Positions 42,709-56,304 of a stretch of 64,000 nucleotides of DNA are shown in pieces; the stretch's first letter is position 1, and every line of letters starts with the position of its first letter. The notes beneath the pieces are model-generated. The model saw nothing but the letters and a program-made list of their open reading frames with translations, did no database searches and was not told where the DNA came from. The stretch is from Octopus vulgaris (lineage: Eukaryota). The position numbers and the translations under genes were made by a program. The DNA lies in assembly GCA_951406725.2 (NCBI GenBank), contig OX597830.1, positions 7,564,001 to 7,628,000 of the forward strand, written 5' to 3'.

Positions 42709-42932
42709 CCATCCAAGCGCGCTCACACTGTGACACACACAGAGACAGAGGCATGTACATACACACACATACACCTATGGCCACTTACGCACACGTGCAT
42801 CTCCCAAACTCGCAGACACGTGTGTACAAAGATGCGAAAGCGTACACACAAGCACACACGCCCGTTTATAATGCGCGCGGCGTGGGACAACTACACGCAA
42901 GCACTTACACATGCACACACATATATATGCTT

Positions 42933-42985
<53 letters not shown>

Positions 42986-43022
42986 TACACACACATACAT
43001 ACATACATACACACACATGCAT

Positions 43023-43059
<37 letters not shown>

Positions 43060-43290
43060 CTCTTTACTCTTTTACTCATTTACTTGTTTCAGTCATTTGA
43101 CTGCGGCCATGCTGGAGCACAGCCTTTAGTCGAGCAAATCGACCCCGGGCTTATTCTTTGTAAGCCAAGTACTTATTCTATCGGCTCCCTTTTGCCGAAC
43201 CGCTAAATGACGGGGACATAAACACACCAGCATCGGTTGTCAAGCAATGCTAGGGAGACAAACACAGACACACAAACACATACACACACA

Positions 43291-43334
<44 letters not shown>

Positions 43335-43493
43335 TACGACAGGCTTCTTTCAGTTTCCGTCTACCAAATCCACTCACAAGGCATTGGTCGGCCCCGAGGC
43401 TATAGCAGAAGACACTTGCCCAAGATGCCACGCAGTGGGACTGAACCCGCAACCGTGTGGTTGGTTACTTACCACACAGCCACTCCTGCGCCT
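43060..43493 (-). mobile_element. Full-length SINE family A
   Basis: Reverse complement of 8323-8790; plus strand ends CCACTCCTGCGCC. Confidence 0.92.
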
Positions 43494-43688
43494 ATATATA
43501 TATATATATATATATACATATATATACATACATATATATACATATGTATATGACTATGCATATACACGTACGCATGAATGTGTATATAAGTGATCTAAAT
43601 ACTATACAACCACAGGATCATATTGGCAGACATGCACAAACACTTATACATATATAAACACACGCACGTAATTACAAATACTTACAAA

Positions 43689-43720
<32 letters not shown>

Positions 43721-43865
43721 CATGTATATATATATATACGCATGTATGTAGGCAAGTATGCATATATGTACATACGTCTTTATATGCATACATTGGCGTA
43801 CATACATGCATACATACACGTGCATACACACAGTATAGCTAAAGAGAAGTTAAGGCTAAACTTAC

Positions 43866-43944
<79 letters not shown>

Positions 43945-44255
43945 GGGCACATGCTAAAACAAGTTGTATACATTTACTACACGCACATTCACAGACATAT
44001 TTATATACACACACACAAAGATCGCACAATATTTCCTGCCTATGCCATACTAATTTAATTATCGTTTTCATCTTGTCATCACTGTCATCGTCATTATCGT
44101 CATCATCATCGTCGTCGTCATCAGCTGTGATCGACATCATCATAATAATCATACACGACGACAGAAAGTCCTGTGTGCGTGCGTGTAGCGTATATGTGTC
44201 TGTACATAATCACACACACATATATATATACATTCATATACATATAACTCTAAGT

Positions 44256-44296
<41 letters not shown>

Positions 44297-44448
44297 AATA
44301 TATATATATATATACATACATATATAAATATAGGCATCGAATGTCCCGTCCGTGTTTTTTGTGTCTTCTAGATGTTTCACGTTCTTGTCCCAGTTTGTAT
44401 TTTTTTACATTTATATATATATATATATATACACACATATATATATAC

Positions 44449-44507
<59 letters not shown>

Positions 44508-45664
44508 TATATTTTTATTATTATTATTTCTTTTTTTTTAATTATATAACTATCAAAAAGTATTAAAAGTTTAATATAAGATAAAGAGTAAAACCACTAC
44601 GATCGTTTCATATATATATATATATACACGACGGGCTTCTTTCAGTTTCCGTCTGCCAAATTCACTCACAAGGCCTTGGTCCACCCGAAGTTATAGATGA
44701 AAACTATATATATATACATATATATATATTTGTTACTTGCTTCACTCACTGGGGCATTGTTAATTGAATGAATTGAACCCTGTTCTTACGTTTTTTAAGC
44801 TCGGTACTCATTCAATCGTTCAGTCTTGCCAAACCGCTAGATATATACAATTATACATTGAGGGCTATATATACATATGTAGTTTATGATGTATATGTAA
44901 AAATGTATGTATACATGTGTCTATATAGTGGTATGTATGTGTATGAGCGCTCCCACACATTTACATACATTATTATAAGTATTTTGTGCGCTGGACAACT
45001 TCTACATCTTTTGCTTCCTGTACATCTCGGTGTTTACAAGACGTGACCATATGCACATTCATTTCGCGTACAGGCTGTTCTGTGGATCAGATCGGATCAA
45101 CTGGAACAGTCGTCGTCGCAACCGACGGTGTGCCATTATATGTGTGTGCGTGTGTCTATATTTGTCCGCCTGATCACCGCTTCATATCTAGTTTTTTGTG
45201 TGTTTACATACCCGTAACTTAGCAGTTCGGTCAAAGAGACCGATAGAATAAATACTAGTCTTAGAAAGAATAAGTCCTGGGGTTGATTTTGTTCGACTGA
45301 AATCCTTCAAGGTCTTCCTCCAGCATGGCCGCATTCAAATGACAGAAATAAATAAAAAGAATAAGAGAATAAAAGAATGCGTAAGTGTGTGTGTATGTGT
45401 GTGTGTGTGTGTGTGAGTGAGTGAGTGTGTATGTGCGCGCATGCTTGTCTGTGTGTGTGAATGCGTATTGTGTATTTAACAATACACACACTTGTCTATG
45501 TAGACGTATTGTTTCAGACAAAATCCACAGCATCATGCCTTTCAACGTTGCTAGGGAAATTTTGCCATGAGACAGAAACGGTGTCACTTTAATTTTAAAT
45601 GTGTTTCAATTGCTTACCTCTTCTAGTTTCAAATATAATTAATATAATTCCAACAGAAAACATT

Positions 45665-46246
45665 ATTCTTTTCTACTCTAAGCACAAGGCCCGAAATATG
45701 GGTGGGGGAAGTCGATTAGATCGACCCCAGTACGCAACTGGCACTTTATTCATCTACCCCGATAGGATGAAAGGCAAAGTCGAACTCGGCGGAATTTGAA
45801 CTCTGAACGTAAAGACAGACAAAATACCTATTTCTTTACTACCCACAAAGGGCCACACACAGAGAGGACAAACAAGGACAGACAAACGGGTTAAGTCGAT
45901 TATTTCGACCCCAGTGCGTAACTGGTACTTATTTAATCGACCCCGAAAGGATGAAAGGTAAATTCGACCTCGCCGGAATTTGAACTCAGAACGTAACGGC
46001 AGACGAAATACCTATTTCTTTACTACCCACAAGGGGCTAAACACAGAGGGGACAAACAAGGACAGACAAACGGATTAAGTCGATTATATTGACCCCAGTG
46101 CGTAACTGGTACTTATTTAATCGACCCCGAAAAGATGAAAGGCAAAGTCGACCTCGGTGGAATTTGAACTCAGAACGTAGCGGCAGAAGGAATACCGCTA
46201 AGCATTTCGCCCGGCGTGCTAACGATTCTGCCAGTTCGTCGCCTTA
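45665..46246 (-). mobile_element. Tandem array of ~3 SINE family B units (~180-bp period)
   Basis: Repeated GAAATACCTATTTCTTTACTACCCACAA junctions at ~45825 and ~46010; single tRNA-like head at ~46190-46246. Confidence 0.9.
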
Positions 46247-46755
46247 ACATAAATCATTATAAGCGCCACAATTATCCCACCAACCCGTAGAAACACAAAC
46301 AACAGCAAACACTATTAATAACTTCATTTAACACGGTACCCACAACCACCTTAACCACAACACCACTAATATAATATCAATCGTAGTCATGGCCAACTGC
46401 CACCAGCATCTCGACAATCAAAGATACCACTACAAGCTTAACCACAATTGATGGTACGGTAATCATTTTGACGACGAGAAACTACCGCCGTTATCATTAG
46501 AATAAGTGATACCACTACCGCCGTGTCCCCGATACCCGTACTGTAATCATCACAGCTATGGAGAACGAACGAACTAGCATTATAACCACGAGAACCTCCA
46601 TTCTACATTTACTCTAACGCACGGCTGCTAGCGTTAGCAACTATAACATTAGCAATTCTACACACCCATACGTATAAGCACACACTTTTATATTCAGATA
46701 AACACATACACATATATACATGTGTATATACATTATATAAATATGCATATATACA

Positions 46756-46818
<63 letters not shown>

Positions 46819-47281
46819 GTGTACATACATACAAACATATTTCCATATACATAAAAGTACGTATATGTATATATATATACGCATATATACAGAGACACAT
46901 ACGTGTGTATATATATGTGTATGTGTGTGTGAGTATATATACATGTATGTATGACATGGTAAATATGTGCACAGAAGGACGAACAGGAAAACAAAGAAGT
47001 TCACACACAAGACGTGGACTTGCTCCTGCTTCATCTATCTATCTATTTATCTATCTATCGGTGTGTGTGTGTGTACATGTGCCTATAGACAATATGAGCA
47101 CGTATATAGACACACACACACACACACACACGGCTTCTCTCATGACAGATCATGTATAACAAATTGTGATATAGGTTGGTGTTCTGTTTCTGAACAGGGG
47201 CGGGTTATGTTACCTCTCAACCTCAAGCTCATGGTCGATCTCTCTCACTTTCTTCTCTCACTCTCTCTCTCGCTCTCACTC

Positions 47282-47333
<52 letters not shown>

Positions 47334-47431
47334 CCTCTCACTCTATCTCAACCTTTCTTCCTCTTTATCTCTCTCTTTAAATCACCCGTTCAGATTAGCA
47401 TACAGATATTATCTCAAAGAAACACATACGC

Positions 47432-47510
<79 letters not shown>

Positions 47511-47759
47511 TACATATACACAGGTACACACACACATATATATACATATATGAATTAAATATATATTGTTCTATGCATTTTTTGTATATACACATGTGTG
47601 TGTTTGTGTGTGTATGCGAGTGTGACGAAGGAGCTTAATTCCAATGTCACTTTAGAACGGGAGTTGTTTGCTGTTGTACCTACACGTGTCCCCTTAATCT
47701 GATCATTGAAAGACAAGGGACGTGGCTCTTCTTCACATGCGCTTGCAACGCCCAGTTAA

Positions 47760-47762
47760 GTA

Positions 47763-47850
<88 letters not shown>

Positions 47851-47973
47851 CAGCAGCAGCAGCAGTAGTTGTAGTAGTTGTAGTAGTAGTAGTAGTAGTT
47901 GTTGTTGTTGTAGTAGTAGTAGTAGTAGTAGCAGCAGCAGTAGTTGTAGTAGTAGTAGTAGTAGTAGGAGGAG

Positions 47974-48006
<33 letters not shown>

Positions 48007-48044
48007 CAGTAGTAGTAGTAGCAGCAGCAGTAGTTGTTGTTGTT

Positions 48045-48080
<36 letters not shown>
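47760..48080. repeat. (GTA)n/(GCA)n/(GTT)n microsatellite
   Basis: Directly visible. Confidence 0.95.
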
Positions 48081-48081
<1 letters not shown>

Positions 48082-48178
48082 ATATTTAATAGATGGAATA
48101 TTTAATAGATGGATATTTATAGATGGATATTTAATAGTAGTAGTAGTCGATAGTAGTAGTAGTAGTAGTAGTAGTCGA

Positions 48179-48220
<42 letters not shown>

Positions 48221-48317
48221 ATATTTAATAGATGGAATATTTAATAGATGGATATTTATAAATGGATATTTAATAGTAGTAGTAGTCGATATTAGTAGTA
48301 GTAGTAGTAGTAGTCGA

Positions 48318-48368
<51 letters not shown>

Positions 48369-48465
48369 ATATTTAATAGATGGAATATTTAATAGATGGA
48401 TATTTATAGATGGATATTTAATAGTAGTAGTAGTCGATAGTAGTAGTAGTAGTAGTAGTAGTCGA

Positions 48466-48510
<45 letters not shown>

Positions 48511-48582
48511 ATATTTAATAGATGGAATATTTAATAGATGGATATTTATAAATGGATATTTAATAGTAGTAGTAGTCGATAT

Positions 48583-48615
<33 letters not shown>

Positions 48616-48712
48616 ATATTTAATAGATGGAATATTTAATAGATGGATATTTATAGATGGATATTTAATAGTAGTAGTAGTCGATATTAGTAGTAGTAGT
48701 AGTAGTAGTCGA

Positions 48713-48757
<45 letters not shown>

Positions 48758-48842
48758 ATATTTAATAGATGGAATATTTAATAGATGGATATTTATAGAT
48801 GGATATTTAATAGTAGTAGTAGTCGATAGTAGTAGTAGTCGA

Positions 48843-48887
<45 letters not shown>

Positions 48888-48903
48888 ATATTTAATAGAT
48901 GGA
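48081..48903. repeat. Higher-order minisatellite (6 full units + 1 partial, 105-148 bp)
   Basis: GATATTTAATAGATGG subunits plus GTCGATA and (GTA)n; units start at 48081, 48220, 48368, 48510, 48615, 48757, 48887. Confidence 0.95.
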
Positions 48904-48989
48904 AGGCAAAGTCGATATCGACGGTGCTTTGAACGCAATGGTGTACGAAATACCTATTTCTTTACTGACCACAAGGGGCTAAACACAGA

Positions 48990-49570
48990 GGAAATAATCG
49001 ACTTAATCCGTTTATCTGTCCTTGTTTGTCCTCTATATGTTTAACCCCTTGTGGGTAGTAAAGAAATAGGTATTTCGTCTGCCGCTACGTTCTGAGTTCA
49101 AATTCCACCGAGGTCGACTTTGCCTTTCATCCTTTTGGGGTCGATTAGATAAGTACCAGTTACGCACTGGGCTCGATATAATCGACTTAATCCCTTTGTC
49201 TGTCCTTGTATGTCCTCTCTGCGTTTAGCCCCTTGTGGGTAGTAAAGAAATAGGTATTTCGTCTGCCGCTACGTTCTGAGTTTAAATTCCGCCTTGGTCG
49301 ACTTTGCCTTTCATCCTTTCGAGGTCGATTAGATAAGTACCAGTTACTCACTGGGATCGAAATAATCGACTTAATCCGTTTGTCTGTCCTTGTTTGTCCT
49401 CTCTGTGTTTAGCCCCTTGTGGGTAGTAAAGAAATAGGTATTTCGTATGTTTTTAATTCTGATTTCAAATTCCGCTGAGGTCGACTTTGCCTTTCGTCTT
49501 TTCTGGGGTCGATCTAATCATCTGGCTCCCTCATCCAAAATTTCGGGCCCTGTGCATAGAGTATAAAACG
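48990..49570 (+). mobile_element. Tandem array of ~3 headless SINE family B units; preceded by an inverted fragment at ~48900-48990
   Basis: GTAGTAAAGAAATAGGTATTTCG junctions at ~49070, 49255, 49438. Confidence 0.9.
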
Positions 49571-50098
49571 ATACCAGACACATGCATTAATGCATTTTCA
49601 ATGGAACTGGGTCTAATCCTGAAAATGATCTTTAGGGGGGGGGTACTTCTTAGATAGAACAAACAAGCACCCTCGCACGAACGCACATACACTCTCATAC
49701 TTACACACACACAGACACACACCCTCGCGCGAAAGCACACGCACACAATATCCCTGACACCGTGCCAGAAAGCGATATTATTATGAAATGTGAGATAGAG
49801 TTGCTGGTATTGCTTCAATCGAGCAATATTATCAATATCGGTGCAATCATCATCATCATCGCCATCACCATCAACACCATTATTATCAGCAGCAACAGCA
49901 TCGTCGTTGTCTTCGTCATCATCATTATCATCATCACCGTTTTCATCCTTATCGTCACCATCTTCATCATCATAAACATCATCTACGTCATTACCGTTTT
50001 CATCATCATTATTATCAACAATCATTATCATCATAATCATCATCACCACAATCACCATCATCGTCATCATCATCGTCATCATTATCAGGATTATCACC

Positions 50099-50148
<50 letters not shown>

Positions 50149-50607
50149 TATTATCACCGTCGTTGTCGTCGCCGTCTCTCTCATCATCTTCGTCGTCAGC
50201 ATCGTCAACATCATCGCTAGACATTGTCATCATTTATATAACATTCCTCTTACACTCTTTCCCTCAAATCTGCAACTATGACAATATCTAGGAAACGACA
50301 CTGAGAAAAATGTTGCATTTATGTGTGTTTACGTCCCCGTAACTTAGTGTTTCGCAAACTGTATCAACAGGCTTACAAACAATTAGTCCTAGAATCGATT
50401 TCTTCCACTAAAACCCTTTAAGGTGGTGCTCCAGCATGGCCGCACTCAAATGGCTGAACCACGCAAGAGAATGAAAGAATATATTGATACGGTTTACTTG
50501 TTCGTATGCATGCATGCATGTACGGATGGGATGTATTTCTGGTTTTTGTATTTCTGACTGTCACTCTGTTTTTTAGTACAATTATATATATGTGTGTGTG
50601 TGTGTGT

Positions 50608-50685
<78 letters not shown>

Positions 50686-50808
50686 GCTTATAGGTTCGGT
50701 TGTAGTAGCAGCATAGATAGAACACAAAATTTGAGCGTGAATTGAGCTTTCCGTGTATGCCACTTATAAAACCAATATGTATTTGCACAGTGGAGAAGTG
50801 GTTGATAC

Positions 50809-50861
<53 letters not shown>

Positions 50862-51742
50862 TGTGTACATCCTGCCATACAAGAAACATCGGTCCTTGAT
50901 TCACCTTGTAACTTCTAATTAAAAATAAAGGAGATATTATGTGTGTACGTGTATGACACTGTGTGTGTATGTGTGTATGTGTGTGTGCCTATGTGTGTTT
51001 GGGTGTGTGTATAGACAAATTGAAGTATACATAGATGAATGAATGTTTGTTGATAGCAAAAATTAAAACGCTTCGGATATTTCTACTTCTTCAGTGATCA
51101 TGCTCATTGAGACTTGCATTAATATCTTCAATATTATTTCCCTCTCGAAAAACGACAATTTTTCGAAACGTTGAATCTTTCCACATGTAAACCAAGGCAT
51201 CGCAATTCATTTTTTTGTTTTTATCTCACAACTCATTTGGCAATACTGTCGCTTTTTGGTTTTCTGGAATTTCTAGAGCAAAATTTACGTAGAATATTGT
51301 CTATGTATTTAAACCCGTAAGTTTTTCTAGGTTGTTTTGTTTGGATTTTCTATCGGTGTATTTGCGTTTGGGTGGGTGTGTTTTTGTATCTATACACACA
51401 TGTGTATATAATGTACCAATACTCGACGTCTGCCTTTTGATGTTTGTACAGCTGTGTGTATATAATCACACTGGTGATTAACTGCTTCATGACATGTGTA
51501 TACCTATACATTATATACACATGATCAAGGAATCTATATATTGTGCGTGCATGTTTTTATATGTACGTATTTCTAGGTCGTTAGGTGTGCATGTCAATAT
51601 AAGTGTGTGTGTGCGTGTATGTAGTGGCCGTAAAACCGTATGTATACACAGTTATATTCATGCATACATATTCATGCATACATATAAATGAGCGAGTGTG
51701 TATGCGTATATATGTAAGTATATGTACATATATATGGTGGAA

Positions 51743-52090
51743 GCACTCCGTCGGTTACGACGATGAGAGTTCCGGTTGATCCGAATCAACGGAACAGCCT
51801 GCTCGTGAAATTAACGTGTAAGTGCACCCTTAACGTAGTTCTCGGGGATATTCAGCAGAGAGTGACAAGGCCGGCCCCTTGAAATACAGGTACAACAGAA
51901 ACAGGAAGTAAGAGTGAGAGAAAGCTGTGGTGAAAGAGTACAGCAGGGATCACCACCAACCCCTGCCGGAGCCTCGTGGAGCTTTTAGGTGTTTTCGCTC
52001 AATAAACACTCACAACGCCCGGTCTGGGAATCGAAACCGCGATCCTATGACCGCGAGGCCGCTGCCCTAACCACTGGGCCATTGCGCCTC

Positions 52091-52093
<3 letters not shown>
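51743..52093 (-). mobile_element. SINE family C
   Basis: Near-identical to 11720-12092; head GGAGGCGCAATGGCCCAGTGGTTAGGG. Confidence 0.9.
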
Positions 52094-52135
<42 letters not shown>

Positions 52136-52143
52136 CATATATG

Positions 52144-52188
<45 letters not shown>

Positions 52189-52246
52189 CATATATATATA
52201 TATACACACAAAAAAAAAAAAAACACATACATATATGTATATACAT

Positions 52247-52351
<105 letters not shown>

Positions 52352-53034
52352 TGTATATAAGTATTTAAGTATATATATATATTTAGGTAGGTGGGCAGGT
52401 ATGTATGTATGTAGGTAGGCACATGTTTGTGTGTGCGTATGTGAATGAATGAGCAAGCATGGGTGTGTATATGCGTCTGTGAGCGCTAGTGCGTATTTTT
52501 CTGTCTGTGTGTCCCGACAAATGAACGAATCATCTGTGATATTACAATACATCTTGTTGTTGCTGCTGTTTTGCTGCAGCTGAGCCGTTATCTAGCAGAA
52601 AAATGACCACAGACGCTCCATTGCTGGCCATCAAGATATTTTCACAGACCACGACTTCATTTTCAAATGTCTTCTTCCTTTGTATGACATCGGTTTTATT
52701 TGTGTGAATTTGGCTGCTATTTCTAGCAGAGTGACAACATTGAGTCTCCGTCCTGTTGTTCTTCCCAGATCAGCTGAGTCATCAAACCCCTTGCTCACAT
52801 GCCATAATAATGTCAGGTTTGATATATGAGGCAGTACATTCTCCAGAATAGGATTTAAAGAACACTTGGTTACTATTTCTCGGAGATTTTACGCCTTCGG
52901 AGATAGTTTTAATTCCCTTGTAAGTAAAACAGGATGACACAGTTTTATATTTAAGAGATGGGGAACTCTCTTTCTCTTTTTCTCTTTTACTTGTTTCAGT
53001 CAATAGACTGTGGCCATGCTGGAGCACAGCCTTT

Positions 53035-53194
53035 GTACATTATTTACAATATTTACATTTGACGGATATTTATCCTCATCTTGTTTGTCGTTAACACAGT
53101 GTTTCGGCTGATATACTCTCCAAGCCTTCATCGGGTGTCTTGGGGAAATTTCGAACCTGGGTTCTCATTCCTAAGGTATTTTTCGACGTTGTTG

Positions 53195-53284
<90 letters not shown>

Positions 53285-53355
53285 TCACTGCCTGGAATCG
53301 AACTCGGAATTTTGGGGTTAGTAGCCCGCGCTGTTAACCACTACACCATATGCCC
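53035..53355 (-). mobile_element. tRNA-headed SINE with (AAT)n spacer and hammerhead-containing tail
   Basis: Minus strand: A box TGGTGTAGTGG (53338-48), B box GTTCGATTCC (53294-303), anticodon arm GGG-CTACTAA-CCC, (AAT)n, HHR motif 53095-53137, TGTAAATA-like repeated 3' end. Confidence 0.7.
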
Positions 53356-53377
53356 GTGGTACTTATTTTATTGTGTA

Positions 53378-53565
53378 TGAGGACAATTACCCCACCCCAT
53401 CCCTGGACAATTCCCCCGACGACAACTATCCCCTAGGACAATTACTCCTCTTGGTTAATTACCCCCTCTCTAATACATTAAGAACTTGTAAATTATTATC
53501 GGTTGTCCTCAGGGTTAATTGTCCTTGTTGGTGGGGTATTTTCCATGGGGGTTAAATGTCCTAGG
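53378..53565. mobile_element. Fold-back MITE with modular terminal subrepeats
   Basis: Several GGACAATT(A)CCCC units on the left; inverted GGGTTAATTGTCC/GGGTTAAATGTCC units on the right. Confidence 0.65.
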
Positions 53566-54139
53566 CTCATTTTATTGATCCCAAAAGATGAAATGTCAAG
53601 TTGACTTTGGCGGAATTTTGAACTCAGATCCTAAGGACGGAAGAAATGCGGTTAAGCATTTCGTCCGTCATGCTGGATATTCTGCCAGCTCGCAGCCAGG
53701 ATTGGAGTATATATAATATCAAGCAATATATAATCTTGATTTATTGAAATTATATGTAATTCTAGAGATGGTAGAAAATCACTTGGCAAGTAATAGGGAG
53801 CAGCTTCAAATTGGGAGCCGGAAAATCCTCAAGAATGAAGAATTTTCCAGAAATGACATGCCATTAACGAAACGGGAATCTTATTGTCTGCAGACAAAAG
53901 AACAGATGTCAACATGTTCTACAAAACAAGCTTACTTAATGCCTTCCAAATTTGGAGAATTCTCAGTTCTTGAGATCTTTGCTCATTCGGAGTTGGTTCA
54001 AATTGCCAACTGGTGATTGTTCTACCATCCTCAGAGCGGAGATAACTGGTCTTTAATGATCAGATACGTCCCACTGATTACATTGAGTAATTCCCATTAA
54101 CTTACCATTCTTTCAGTGTATGCAAATGACTCCGGCTGT

Positions 54140-54537
54140 ATGTTTCACTATATATTTTTATACATCTAAATTTCTCATCTGCTGAAGATAAAATAGAATA
54201 ATTATTGTGTGAACAGTGTTAATCAAGACAAAGCGTGTGTCTACAACTGCCAGAAGATGTTTTCAAGATTTCGATTGGAAAAGTTTTCAGTTCAAGATGC
54301 ACGTCGCTCTGGCTGGTCAACTGAGGTTAACGGTGACGCCGACCACCGTTATAAGTCCAGGAGGATCGTAGATATTCTCCAAATTGGCTGTGTGGTAAGT
54401 AGCTTGCTTTCCAACCACATGGTTCCGGGTTCAGTCAAACTGCATGGCACCTTGGGCAAGTATATTCTACTATAGCCTCGGGCCGACCAAAGCCTTGTGA
54501 GTGGATTTGATAGACGGAAACTGAAAGAAGCCCGTTG

Positions 54538-54606
<69 letters not shown>

Positions 54607-54613
54607 ATGTATG

Positions 54614-54662
<49 letters not shown>

Positions 54663-55599
54663 GTATGTGTGTGTGTGTTTGTATGTCTGCGTTTGTCCCC
54701 CCTTGACAACCGATGCTGGTGTGTTTACCTCCCCGTAACGTAGCGGTTCGGCAAGAGACCGATAGAATAAGAACTAGGCTTACAAAGAATAAGTCCTGGG
54801 GTCAATTTGGTCGACTAAAGGTGGTGCTCCAGCATTGCCGCAACTAAATGACTGAAACAATTAAAAGGGTAAAAGAGTAAATGTCCAAATCGTATGTCGT
54901 AAACAATCTGAATCAGTTTTAGTCACGTCAGCCGGCTCATTGTTTGAGTCCCACATCAATTGAATAAGGTTAACCTCGGCCGATGCGATTGGCTGTAGAA
55001 ACGCGAAGAAAACGATCCCTTTTGGAAAAGAAGTAAAAGGAGACGAAACATGCTAAGAGTGTGGCGAAGCAGACAAACAACCTCGACAGCAGGAATTCAC
55101 CCGGAGAGTGTTATGCTTTCGATTTTATGGGATTGGAAGGGTGTTGTCTTTTACGAGGCTCTTCCACGGTTAGGATTCTCAATTTGGATGTGCACTGGGA
55201 TCAGCTGGACAAGTCAAACGCAGCGATTCATCAGAAACTTTCAGCGTTGTCTGCCTTCAGGACAATGTCAGGTTGCACACATCTTTGCAGATGTGACGGA
55301 AGTTACCGGGGCTTGGCCGTGTGGTTTTGCTGCACCTTCCACATTTGTCTGACCCTTCAGATTTCCACCTTTCAGATTTGAATGAATTGACCAAGTCTAC
55401 AAAGGATGGAAAAGTTCACTTGGAAGACGTTTTCGCCAAAGAAGACAGGAAATACTTTGAGCTGGGAATAATGGATCTACTCAAAAAATGGCAGACGATA
55501 TTGGAACGAAACAGTGATTGTGTCTTTAATTAGTTCTAATCCAGGAGATTCTAAGATCAAAATATATCATGATAGGATGCATTTTCGGCCAACCCAATT
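54140..55599 (+). mobile_element. Decayed mariner transposon interrupted by a family A SINE (54385-54880)
   Basis: SVQDARRSG, ESVMLSILWDWKGVVFYE, LLHLPHLSDPSDFHL (degenerate YSPDLAPSDF), GIMDLLKKWQ; right TIR ...GGCCAACCCAAT. Confidence 0.8.
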
Positions 55600-55764
55600 T
55601 ATTTCTTTATTGCCCTCTAAGCATAGAGGGGACATACAAGGACATTAATTCGATTACATCGACCCCAGTGCGTAACTGGTACTTAATTTATCGACCCCGA
55701 AGGATGATAGGCAAAGTCGACCTCGGCGGAATTTGAACTCAGAACGAAGCGGCAGACGAAATAT
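55600..55764 (-). mobile_element. Headless SINE family B unit with 14-bp TSD
   Basis: Flanked by CGGCCAACCCAATT (55586-99) and CGACCAACCCAATT (55765-78). Confidence 0.85.
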
Positions 55765-55803
55765 CGACCAACCCAATTCATGTAGCGAGACAAATATAGA
55801 TAT

Positions 55804-55848
<45 letters not shown>

Positions 55849-56100
55849 TGTATGTCTCTGTGTGTGTGTATGTGTGTGTTTCTGTGTATGTGTGTGTGTG
55901 TGTGTGTGTAGTTCAAATTTATAGAAAACAAAAGACAGATAGGCGAAGGACCAACAAGCGGGTGTATTAGTTTAACGCTCGGTGAGAATGGAAAAGTCTT
56001 TGACGATTCGAGCCAACGCTGTTTGATAGAGGATTGAGAAGGGGAAAAAATGGGGAGAGGTAAAAATGTGTAGGGATTACCTATTCAACATGATGAAATG

Positions 56101-56138
<38 letters not shown>

Positions 56139-56243
56139 AGTACCAATCGAACACAGGAGTTGGTGCGATTGACGCGAGCTTGCTGGTCTTGTGCCAATAT
56201 TCGAAACCTATACGTTAATTATTATCGTTGTCATTACTATCAG

Positions 56244-56304
<61 letters not shown>

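Noticed and set aside
47680-47730. TGAAAGACAAGGG (47707-47719) resembles the 5' part of miR-71 and lies in a small hairpin
   Set aside because: 3' half diverges, it is on the wrong arm, and the hairpin is too short and bulged for a pre-miRNA
48081-48903. CRISPR-like repeat/spacer appearance
   Set aside because: The spacers are (GTA)n rather than unique sequence; eukaryotic context and no cas genes
52020-52093. tRNA-like heads (also 20118, 53283-53355) as genuine tRNA genes
   Set aside because: Acceptor stems are broken and each continues into a SINE body
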